A stretch of 38,586 bases of DNA from Octopus bimaculoides (Eukaryota), in NCBI RefSeq assembly GCF_001194135.2, contig NC_068998.1, positions 12,652,580 through 12,691,165 on the forward strand, written 5' to 3'. Each line of letters begins with the position of its first letter. Within the stretch, counting starts at the first letter, position 1. The notes beneath the pieces are model-generated. The model did not search any database and was not told the DNA's origin. It saw nothing but the letters and a program-made list of their open reading frames with translations. Both the position numbers and the translations under genes were made by a program. Shown in pieces: positions 22,693 through 32,437 of the stretch.

Positions 22693-23351
22693 GGCTAATT
22701 CCCGCGTACTTTTACGAGGATTGAATTCCACTAATTATCTTCAAGCATCTTGGCCGAAGTCTGATGAGATTTCTGGTCTTAGTTGATCTCTCATTGACAA
22801 ATCTCCGGAACGAAACTTTGAAAACCAATTTCGCACTTGCCAGTCAGTAATGACCCCTTGACCATAATCACTACATATTTTCTTAGCTGTTTCTGTGGAA
22901 TTTTCACCATTCTTAAACTCCCACAACATCACATGTCGAGTATACACTTTCAGTTCATCCATTTTAGGGGAGTGAAATTTATGAGGGGTTACTGAAAAAT
23001 TCATTGCTTTAAGGGTATCGCGAAAGGCCTGGTTGAAGGCCCAACTTTCCGAGTTCTTTTACTGGGCTTAGAAAAACTGAAGGACCGCTACAATAAGCGT
23101 GTGGATCTGAGAGGGGAATATGTTGAATAAAACTGTAACTAACTGATCCTCCTGTACTTTCTTTTACCCAAAGCCAAGAACTTCTCAGCATGCCCTCGTA
23201 ATATTAAACTATGATGTGCACGTTTTCACTTCTTAAATATGAATGACAGATGAAGTGCTTTTAAAAACGTTAGTTTCCATTTCAATTTTAAACATCTAAA
23301 GTTCGAAATTTATCGTTACAATTTACTTCCAAAAAAAAGCTCGACCTAATA
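22692..23351 (-). mobile_element. Mariner 5' fragment (TIR, 5'UTR, N-terminal HTH region), split by a nested MITE
   Basis: ATG at 22962: MDELKVYTRHVMLWEFKNGENSTETAKKICSDYGQGVITDWQVRNWFSKFRSGDLS...LVEFNPRKSTRELALD; TIR-like TATTAGGTCG at 23351. Confidence 0.88.
22980..23200 (+). mobile_element. Internally deleted mariner (MITE), TA-flanked
   Basis: TIRs TATGAGGGGTTACTGAAAAATTC and GAACTTCTCAGCATGCCCTCGTA; retains the transposase C-terminus GLEKLKDRYNKRVDLRGEYVE*. Confidence 0.88.
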
Positions 23352-23619
23352 CAATAAATCAACGTTTTGCTCAGAGCATTCCGAATAAATAGAAAATGGA
23401 TGCACAGTTTCTTTCGAAGGTCATTAATGTTATAAATGAACAAACCTGAAAATATCTCCCACTGGGAAATGAAACCACATCCCTGGTTGGTCTAGCTGGC
23501 AGTTTTAATATAACTGACAGAAAGCCGTTAGCTACTTCGATTTACAAATATCGATTCATACGGTAGGAACGCTTCCAATTTTATCAACAACCGTGTTATG
23601 TCATCTGTAACTGTGTCTA

Positions 23620-23692
23620 TGTGAGCATAACTATCTATGTATCTAGCTCTCTTATATGTGTGTGTGTGTGCATGCTTGCATATATGTATAAG

Positions 23693-23762
<70 letters not shown>

Positions 23763-24170
23763 TTTGTTTGTGTGTTGGTTTGTGCACACATATATGCACG
23801 CACGCATATGTGTATATATGTGTATATATGTGTATACACACATGTGCATGTATGTGTTTAGTTACAAATACCATTACACACGAATGTATGTATGTATGTA
23901 TGTATGTATGTATGTATGTGTGTGTGTACGTATGTATGCATGTACGTATGTATGTATGCGTGTGTATGTATGTATGTATTTATAGATGGATGGATGTGTA
24001 TTTGTGCGTGTGTATGTATACGTACACACACATATACTTAAGCTTGTATGCGTCTACTCTCATAATTCACTTACACGCACGCACACACACACACATACGC
24101 TCACAGACACTTATACTTACATATATACATATTCATGTATATGTATATCTACACATGTGTCTCTGTGTGT
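23620..24170 (+). repeat. Compound (TA)n(TG)n(TATG)n microsatellite field
   Basis: Direct inspection; explains the many spurious ORFs here. Confidence 0.95.
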
Positions 24171-24308
24171 GCGCCCGCAAGCGCCTACTCACTGATATAT
24201 ACACCTATACACCTATACACAAAATCGCATCCTCACTAACATCAGAAATAACAGTGACATGGCGGCTTCTCTGACTTTAATAACGAGATGAACTCCAATC
24301 CTATTTAC

Positions 24309-24362
24309 GCTTTGCTTTTTCTTCTTCATTGCAGATATCTCCACAATCTTCTCACGCTGTTC
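24309..24362 (-). CDS. Candidate 54-nt exon (EQREKIVEISAMKKKKQS)
   Basis: Acceptor ...aatgtttacAG with an upstream pyrimidine tract, donor gtaaat, phase 0 to 0. Confidence 0.22.
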
Positions 24363-24794
24363 CTGTAAACATTGGATAATGTCGGGAAAGTGGAGGAAAT
24401 GCCGCTAGCATTATATGTTCTCTATTTGGACACAGACCAACCAAATATGGCATAGAATTATTTTCCGAGTGGATTATTGAAAGAAGGAAACTGGACAGCT
24501 AGAAATAATATCTATTGACAATTTAGTTGTCTATCTATCGTGTGCCATATTTTGTTTCTATTTCTGTTTTTCTGTGTAATTGTATATGTGTGTGTGGGGG
24601 GTATGTGTGGGTGTGTCCGTGTGTCCGTGTGTGTGTGTGTGTTGTGTGTATTATTTTGGCTTCCAGAAACCTAATTTCATGTCTTGTAGGAATCCTAAAC
24701 TCTCTAGACGTACAGTGCGCACGCGTACATTTCTTCAAAGAAATATATATATGTACACCATGCACACATTATAGACGTGCAAAGTTTAAAATAC

Positions 24795-24797
24795 ATA

Positions 24798-24880
<83 letters not shown>

Positions 24881-25300
24881 ATGCGTATGTATGTATGTAT
24901 GTCATTATTCAGTTTTTATTTCAAGATTTCTTGCCAATAGAAAAAGTGCTGGTTTTCTAACCTAGGTCCGAGGTCCCTTCATTGGAATTTCAACATCAAC
25001 AAGGTATTTTTGTATGTATGTATGTATGTATGTATGTTATCAATCAGTTTCATTTCTGTATTTCTTGTCAATAGAAAAAGAGCCGGACCCTAACATAGAT
25101 TCAAGGCTCCTTCATTGGAACTTTTATCAGCATCATCTAGGTATTTGTGCATGTGTGTGTGCAGTATTTGGTGTTAGTGTATGCGCAGATTTGCATGTTT
25201 GTTTTATAGATGCGTTTTTATGTATGTATGTATATATGTATGTATGTATGTATGCAAGCTTGTATGTTTTGTTTTATGCATTTATTCTCATGCATATAGT
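24795..25300 (+). repeat. (TG)n(AG)n(TATG)n field with a duplicated ~110-bp unit (about 24900-25010 and 25035-25145)
   Basis: ATTTCTTG.CAATAGAAAAAG.GC.GG...CTAAC.TAG.T.C.AGG..CCTTCATTGGAA.TTT occurs twice, separated by TATG tracts. Confidence 0.8.
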
Positions 25301-25424
25301 TTCATATCTGGACATGCTCCTATGATAAACTTCTGAAACGTTTTACAGATTTTTACAGTTCCAGTTATGGATTGGATCTGTAGCCTTCGAATCAGCTTTC
25401 TCCTGTACTGAACTTTAATGTGGA

Positions 25425-25490
25425 TGACTGGATGGATGGATGGATGGATGGACGGACGGACGGACGGACAGATAGATGGATAGATAGCCT
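25425..25490 (+). repeat. (TGGA)n(CGGA)n tetranucleotide repeat
   Basis: Direct inspection. Confidence 0.9.
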
Positions 25491-25704
25491 TTATTGAAAC
25501 GGATCAAGAGTGAATTTCCTTGCAGTGGCAAAAATTTGCTTTCGAAATACAATTTTGACAATTATTTTGCACGTTGAGTCTTATTTTCCTCGATCTGAAT
25601 TACGTTATCGTTTTTACCTGTGGATTTGATTGTGGGCATTTTCAAATGCATTATGCCAGAACGGAGATGAGCTGGCGTTTCTGCATAAAGTTTGAATGTA
25701 ATAT

Positions 25705-25845
25705 TTTTATCGGCAGATAATTTTGAAATATTATCGAAAGCTAATTTTAGAATGTTATCGAAAAAATTTATTTCAAAAAACCAATTATAAATTATCGAAA
25801 ACTAATTGTAAATGTTATCGAAAGATAATTGTAAAATGTTAAGAA
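25705..25845 (+). repeat. Degenerate ~23-24 bp minisatellite (TTATCGAAA..TAATT.TA.AATG)
   Basis: About five TTATCG-anchored units. Confidence 0.75.
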
Positions 25846-25950
25846 TGTATTAGTAAGATGAATATTATTCCGTTCAGATAAAAGTTTTTGAAAGTTAAGC
25901 AATTTTAGAAATTGTGCGTGCGTGCGTGTATGTGTGTGTGAGCGCGCATG

Positions 25951-26004
<54 letters not shown>

Positions 26005-26174
26005 TTTACATATGAAGTAAAAGCAGCTCTAGTATAATAAATATTGTTAAATACATATACTTATGTATATGCTTTGTGTATTTTCCGGTGACTGCAATGG
26101 CGTAGCGAAATATTTACCTCTCATGTCACCGATGTTAAAACACCTTAGAGCCATGGGCAAGCGAGATAACTCAC

Positions 26175-26251
26175 CTTCAATCCCATTTGGGATTGATGGA
26201 CATAGATGTTTCGCCATTTTTGTAGCTTATCATGACTTGTAAAACCATGAG
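26175..26251 (-). CDS. Candidate 77-nt exon ((A)HGFTSHDKLQKWRNIYVHQSQMGLK)
   Basis: Canonical donor AAG|GTGAGT at 26174; acceptor cataccAG with upstream ttttctcttt; open frame, phase 1 to 0. Confidence 0.35.
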
Positions 26252-26394
26252 CTGGTATGGTCGGAAATTGCATACCAAAGAGAAAATTTACATATGAAGT
26301 AAAAGCAGCTCTAGTGTAATGAATATTGGCGGGTAGGTGGTGTTGATAAGCCACAAAAATGGCGAAACATTGATGTCCATCACTCTTTGTGTCA

Positions 26395-26610
26395 GTGTTT
26401 GTCCCCACCTACCACCACCGCTTGACGACCGGCGGTATAGGTGTGTTTACATCCCCTTAACTTAGCGGTTCGGCTTAAGTGACCAATAGAACAATTACCA
26501 ATCTTTTTAAACAGACAGGTATTGCGGTTCGGACATTCTACTAAAAATTCTTCCGGGCGGTGCCCAAGCATGGCCGCAGTCTGAAACAAGCATAGCAAAA
26601 AAGATAAAAG
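26395..26610 (+). mobile_element. Repeat family D
   Basis: CCACCGCTTGAC.ACCGG...TAACTTAGCGGTTCGGC...CAGCATGGCCGCAGTC. Confidence 0.85.
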
Positions 26611-27126
26611 ATGTGTGTTTGCGTGTGTGTATGTATGTATGCATGCGTGAGTGTGCGTGCGTATGTGTGTGAGAATGTGCATATAAGTGGGCGTTTATAA
26701 GTTTATGACCTAACCAGTATACATAATTCTATACAATCAGTCAAATCTAGTTTGTTTTTGTTTTGTTTTTTTTATTATTTCTACTAGATTATCTGTTTTA
26801 TCTTCACAAAAGCCAGCACAAAAAATAAAACGTTTCTAAGGGTAATAAATAGAGAGGGGAAGATTACGTTTTATATATGTCTATTAATGTGTCTGTCACC
26901 GTGCACTTATCTGAGTCGACCTAGTTGTCCGGGTATCTATTTTTTTATATCTGTACTCAGGTGTGCGTCAATAGATGAGTGTTGATATTGATATATATAT
27001 ATATGTATGTATGTATGTATGTGTATATATATGCATGCATGTACGTATGTATATCATCTGTGCGTGTAATGCGTAGGTGTGTGAATACATATGTACATGT
27101 ACATATGTATATCTAGGTATAATTCC

Positions 27127-27377
27127 GCTTTCCAACCACATTGTCCCGGGTTCGGTTCCACTGCATGGCACCTTGGGCAAGTGTCTTCTACTATAGCCTC
27201 GAGCAGGACAGAGCCTTGTGAGTGGATTTGATAGACGAAAACTGAAAGAAGCCCGGCGTACATATATATACACACACACACATATATATATATATAGGTA
27301 CGTGTGTGTGTGTGTGTGTGCGCACGTGAGCATTTGTGTATATGTATGTGCCCCACCTCCTCTTGACAACCAGTGCT
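27127..27377 (+). mobile_element. SINE family A + microsatellite + truncated D
   Basis: Family A body 27127-27258, TA/TG tract, then the start of D, which abuts the hAT fossil. Confidence 0.85.
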
Positions 27378-28950
27378 ATCAACTGATACTATTGACTCAG
27401 CATAGGTTTTTATACTTCATTCGGACCATAACAGAAGATTTTGTTTGCTACGATGAGTTACTGACTTAGGGCACTCTTACAGGTAGAACACGAGGAATTG
27501 ATATCTTCACAAACTTTCAAAATAAATGTGAAGTTGAACTGAATTTGGTTAATTTAATGAGTGTATGTACAGATGGTGCACTTTCCATGACAGGAAAACA
27601 TAAAGAGTTTATTGCACAGACAAAAAAAAAATATTATCAGATCCAGATGTTCTCATCTCTTTTCATTGTATCTTACATCAGCAAAATTACTGTACTAATC
27701 TACCATTCTTAGTGACTTTTTGCAACAAGTTGTAAGTATTGTTAACTATATTCATGCAAATACAACAAGGCATCGTCAGTTCTGATGAGGAATTCAGAGG
27801 GGATTTTCCGTATCAATCTAAACTGTTGGCTATCGTAGGGACAGGTGTTATAGCAAAATGGTTATCTTTGCAAGAACAGATAATTAAATATTATGAAGAA
27901 CAGAACCAGCAATGTGAATTATTGAAAGATTTCTATACAAATGCTGCATTTTTGTGAACTCATCTCAAAGCATAAGAACTTGAATATTTCTTTGCAGGGT
28001 AAAACTAAGTTTATGTATGATATGTGGCGAAAAATCCAAGTATTTCGGAAAAAAAGCTATTATTTTTCAAAACTCTTGTTCTTCAAAAGGAAATTTCGGA
28101 TGAACATTTTCCCCAGTTAGCAACGGTTAGTAAGAATTCATGCAAATCATCTGAAGAATTTGTTGTTGACACTCCATCGAGGGTTCCAGTTGATCCGATC
28201 AACAGAACAGCCTGCTCGTGAAATTAATGTGCAAGTGGCTGAGCACTCCACAGAGACGTGTACCCTTAACGTAGTTCTCGGGGATATTCAGCGTGACACA
28301 GTGTGACAAGGCTGACCCTTTGAATTACAGGCACAACAGAAACAGGAAGTAAGAGTGAGAGAAAGTTGTGGTGGAAGAGTACAGCAGGGTTCGCCACCAT
28401 CCCCTGCCAGAGCCTCGTGGAGCTTTAGGTGTTTTCGCTCAGTAAACACTCACAACGCCCAGTCTGGGAATCGAAACCGTGATCCTATGACCGCAAGTCC
28501 GCTGCCCTAACCACTGGGCCATTGCGCCTCCCATCTGAAGAATGCGCAGTTGTTATAGACTTATTATATTGGGTAATACAATGAAAGGTTCACTGACTTT
28601 GAGAATCATGACATCACACTTAAATTAGCATTTCAACCTCACCTACTTGATGTTTCCAAGGCTCCTATAGAACTGTAGATGGAATTGAGTTCTCAGAAGA
28701 TGACATTTTTAAGTCCCTATTTGACGTCAAGAAAGACCCAGCTGAAACATGGAAAAACGCAATAGAAGATCCAATCCTTCGGCAACATGCACGATAAATG
28801 CTCTCCGGCTTGTCAATCACTTACTGCTGCGAATCTACAATTTCCTACCTAACCAAAATCAAGACGCCCTTAAGGTTACAAATGGCGGATACTCATATAG
28901 CAGATCAGCTTAAACTTCAGACCTCTATGCTGCAAACAAATATTCAAATA
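27378..28950 (+). mobile_element. hAT transposase fossil (Buster/Charlie/SPIN-like; GTF2IRD2/EPM2AIP1-type)
   Basis: Peptides YFIRTITEDFVCYDELL, GTLTGRTRGIDIF, SVCTDGALSMTGKHKEF, FHCILHQQNYC, IVNYIHAN, TYCCESTISYLTKIKT in order; stops and frameshifts; interrupted by a SINE. Confidence 0.92.
28160..28531 (-). mobile_element. Full-length tRNA-derived SINE family C with 12-bp TSD
   Basis: Head GGAGGCGCAATGGCCCAGTGGTTAGGGCAGCGG...GGTTTCGATTCCC (A and B boxes); (CAA)n tail; TSD CATCTGAAGAAT at 28148-28159 and 28532-28543. Confidence 0.95.
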
Positions 28951-28954
28951 TATA

Positions 28955-29165
28955 TTATAGCTGAAATTTATAGAAAAACAAAAGACGAAGACAGGTGTAG
29001 GAACAACAAGCAAGTGTATTAGTTTGACGCTCAGGAAAAATGGAAAAGTTTTTTACGTTTCGAGCCTACGCTCTTCAACAGAAAGGGGTAAGAGAAAATA
29101 AAGAGAAAGAGAATGAAAAAAGCTTGTAGATTTCAGCGATCCAGCATGGCGAATGATTGGAAAAA
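28955..29165 (-). mobile_element. Penelope-like 3'-end fragment with hammerhead-like motif
   Basis: Shares GAAGAG....GCTCGAAACGTAAAA...TTTCC.TGAGCGTC...CTAATAC with the PLE fragment at 22340-22430. Confidence 0.7.
29022..29084 (-). ncRNA. Type I hammerhead-ribozyme-like motif (variant core)
   Basis: UUU-CUGUUGA-A-GAGC(GUAG)GCUC-GAA-ACGU...GCGU-C-AAA. Stem I 3 bp, stem II 4 bp, stem III 4 bp, GUC cleavage triplet. A6 is replaced by U and there is an extra A after A9. Confidence 0.45.
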
Positions 29166-29369
29166 AAAGGTGCGCATGTGTGTGTGTGTGTGTGTATGTG
29201 AATAGGGGCAAGTTATTCTGACGTGTGCGTTGTGTGTGTGATCAAACAGTGTGCATATGTATGATGTATATATGTGGGCGAATGTTATCTTTGCCTATGT
29301 ATGTTGTGTGTGTTAATGCGTGTTGCATGTGTATGTATATGTAGCCTGTGTTCAGGTATTATATGCTTG

Positions 29370-29520
29370 TTCTTTCAGTGTCAATCTACTAAATCTACTC
29401 ACAAGGCTTTGGTCAGCCTGAAGCTATACTAGAAGACACTTGCCCAAAGTGCCACACTGTGGAGCTGAGCCTGGAACCATGTAGCTGGGAAGCAAACTTC
29501 TTACCACACAGCCACACCAT
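29370..29520 (-). mobile_element. SINE family A
   Basis: Reverse complement of family A (AGAAGACACTTGCCCAA.GTGCCAC...CTTACCACACAGCCAC). Confidence 0.88.
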
Positions 29521-30364
29521 GGAAATTTAACATAGGGGTCACAAGTCTGTACAAATATTCAAAAATGGGCACACGCTGCATAGGATGGTATTAGAAAATA
29601 TGAATGATGAAGTGTTGTACAATATCAACTTTTGTTGAATTAAAATAAACTGGTGGGGTTAGGGGAGATGTGAATTCCTCCTCCCACTCCTTTTGTGCAA
29701 AATACAGTGAAGGGATCTTTGTAAGATGACATTCCATGAAGTGGGGGACTGAGTACCATAAAGTTGAGTACCACTGATGTTCAGTAACACTTGAAAATGA
29801 GAAAATGCGTTTGTGTGTTTGCATACAATATGTTATACAACAACAATAAGAAACTTAACGTTCAACAGATACAAAACAAATGTAGTTATTTTTTCATTAA
29901 AAATACTTTTTTTTTCAACTTCTTTATTTCCCATACAAGCATTTAAATAAACCTCACACCTATCAGACTTCATTTTTCTTCATATACAATTACATACATT
30001 GTTTCATCTTACAATACTTTTACAAGACAATTTTTTTCATTTTTTTTCTTTTCTTTTTTCTTTTTTTTTTTTTGTCAGTTGGTAATAATGGGTGCTTATC
30101 ATTTACTTTCATTCTTTGCCAAGAAATGTAAAAAAAATAACAGCTTCTACCCTGAGATCTAACTAGAATTTTAAAACAGTTTTAAAGAAGAACTAATTGG
30201 TGTTACTGTCAAAAATCAAACACACGTTAATGTAAAGGTCATTCTACTACACCATGGGAACTAGGTAATCAGTCCAATGAGTCTGAAGACTTGAAACAGT
30301 AAAATCCAGGAGTTGATAATGATAATGATAATGATGATGTTGATGATTCCTCAGTAACACTGCA

Positions 30365-31630
30365 GTACTAATATTGGTTTTAAATTTTGGCACACGGTCA
30401 GCGAGTTTGGAGAAGGGAGTAAGTAGATTATATTGACCCCAGTGTACAACTGGTACCTATTTTATCAACCCCGAAAGGATGAAATGCAACGTCAACCTCA
30501 GTGGAATTTGAACTCAGAACGTGCAGATAGAGAAAATGCCACAAAGCATTTGGCCCAGATTGCTAATGATTCGGCCAGCTTTCCGCCTTACTACAGCACT
30601 AATATTGATTCGTACCATGAGCCTCAGATTTTAGGAGTTGGGTCTAGTCAAGTGAGATCAGCTTCAGTACCTGTCTGATATATGGAAATATTTTATCAAT
30701 CCCTGAAGTATGAATGCAAGAGCTAATCTCAGTAGGATTTGAAACTACAACATTAAGAAGCAAAACAAAATACAGTATGGTCTTTTGTACAACATTCTAT
30801 CAATTCCGTTAAACTGCTGTCCTAAATATTTATTTCTTCATTGCTCTCAAGGGACAAACAAGGACAGACAAAGGAATTAAGTCAATTACATTGACCCCAG
30901 TGCTTAACTTGTACTTATTTAATCGACCCTGAAAGGATAAAAGGCAAAGTAGACCTCAGCGGAATTTGAACTCAGAATGTAGCGGCAGACAAAATACCGC
31001 TAAGCATTTCGCCCGGCATGCTAAGGATTCTGCCAGGGTACCAGGACTTAAATTTTAGGAGTAAGGTACAGTTAATGAAGATCAACCCCAGTTCTTGACT
31101 GGTCCTTATTTCATTGACCTAGGAACAATGAAAGTAAAGATGACTCTGGGAAGTATTGAAATTACCATCTAAAGAGATATTTTGTACAGTGATGTACCAA
31201 TTCTGTTGAAACCTCAACTTTAGGAAATGGGTATCATTGATTACATCAGCCCCCCATTCTTGACTAATATTTCTTTTATTGACCTTTGGAAGAATGAAAA
31301 GCAAAGTTTAAAACTGTGAAACTAAATACCACAAGGCTTTCGGCCTGTCATTTTAACAATTCTGCCAATCCACTGCCTCAATATTGTTCAAATTTTGGTA
31401 CAAGGACAGAAATTTTAGTGGAGTTGGGAGGGAGGGGCTAATCAATTACACTGACAGTCCCACCCCACCGTACTTGACTGGTACTTTATTATATCAATCC
31501 TAATCCTGAAAGGATTCAGGCAAAGTTGATCTTGGCAGGATTTGAACTTGGAACATAAAGAACCAGCAGAAATGCCTTCAAGCATTTTGATTGATGTTCT
31601 AACAATTCTGCAAGCTCACTGCCTCAATAT
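30365..31630 (-). mobile_element. Cluster of about six variably decayed SINE family B copies, all in the same orientation
   Basis: Repeated TTGACCCCAG...CTGGTAC.T.ATTT..ATC.ACC...AAAG.ATGAAAG.CAAAGT..AC motifs at about 30375, 30670, 30820, 31050, 31225 and 31385. Confidence 0.8.
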
Positions 31631-31874
31631 TAATAACAGTATAGGGATTTAATAGGACTTTGCTTTTTGAGAGGGCTTTTGTTTTTTCAACTTTTCAATT
31701 GAAATGAAACCACTATTGGATGGCATAGTAATGCTATAAAACGGCTGGCAGATATTTTACTGCTGATTGGCTATGGGTACGAACAATAAATCATTGCAGA
31801 TTTTGTTTTCCAAAGATAGCACAAACTTCCAACAATGACCTACTGCAAACATGCTGTATGAAAGACTCAGTTCA

Positions 31875-31975
31875 GCTAGACACCCTATGTTTGAGCCCCT
31901 CGTATATTACAAAAAGCTGAAATGCTGGACACCCTAATATGTTTGAGTCCTTCATATATAACAAGAAGCTGAAAT
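31875..31975 (+). repeat. ~50-bp imperfect tandem duplication
   Basis: GCT(A/G)GACACCCT...ATGTTTGAG.CC.TC.TATA.TA.A..AAGCTGAAAT x2. Confidence 0.85.
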
Positions 31976-32437
31976 GCTGACCACTTATTTTATTAATGCT
32001 GAGAGGATGACAGGTTAAACTAGCCCATTTGAAATTAGATCTGCAGGCCTGCAGATTTGATACTTGTAACCAGCAAGAATCATTCTTAGTGCTTTTATAT
32101 TTGTATCAATTTGCAATACAACAGAAAAATGTAAACCATTTCATAGATAACATAACTGTGAACTCTAAACTCATCTCAATAACAAAGTTGAACCCGATTC
32201 CGGATTGTAAAGAAGAATAGAGTAAGCAGATACAATTACATCAATCTGATCTTTGTGTACAGAATTGAAGGGAACAGTTCAGTACTATGCAATAACAATG
32301 AAGGAGAGAAAATTGTGAAAATTGTTTTAAATAAAAACTCCTGTTTTGGGGCGTTTTTTCTCAAGTCTTTAGAGAATTTAGAATTGGAATTTTACCAAAA
32401 GCTAGAGATTAAATTATTCATGGAATCATCATCTATT

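Noticed and set aside
23528-25325. Many ORFs rich in C/V/Y/M/H/T/I (also 398-700, 1052-1510, 26968-27469, 34791-35061)
   Set aside because: Translations of TA/TG/AG/TATG microsatellites and SINE bodies.
28440-28531. tRNA-like sequences (also at 452, 18192, 33940-34008, 34695, 34932)
   Set aside because: SINE heads with A/B boxes continuing into SINE bodies; no complete cloverleaf or acceptor stem.
29591-29824. 77-aa minus-strand ORF (QKEWEEEFTSPLTPP)
   Set aside because: No splice signals; lies in 3'UTR-like or intergenic AT-rich sequence.
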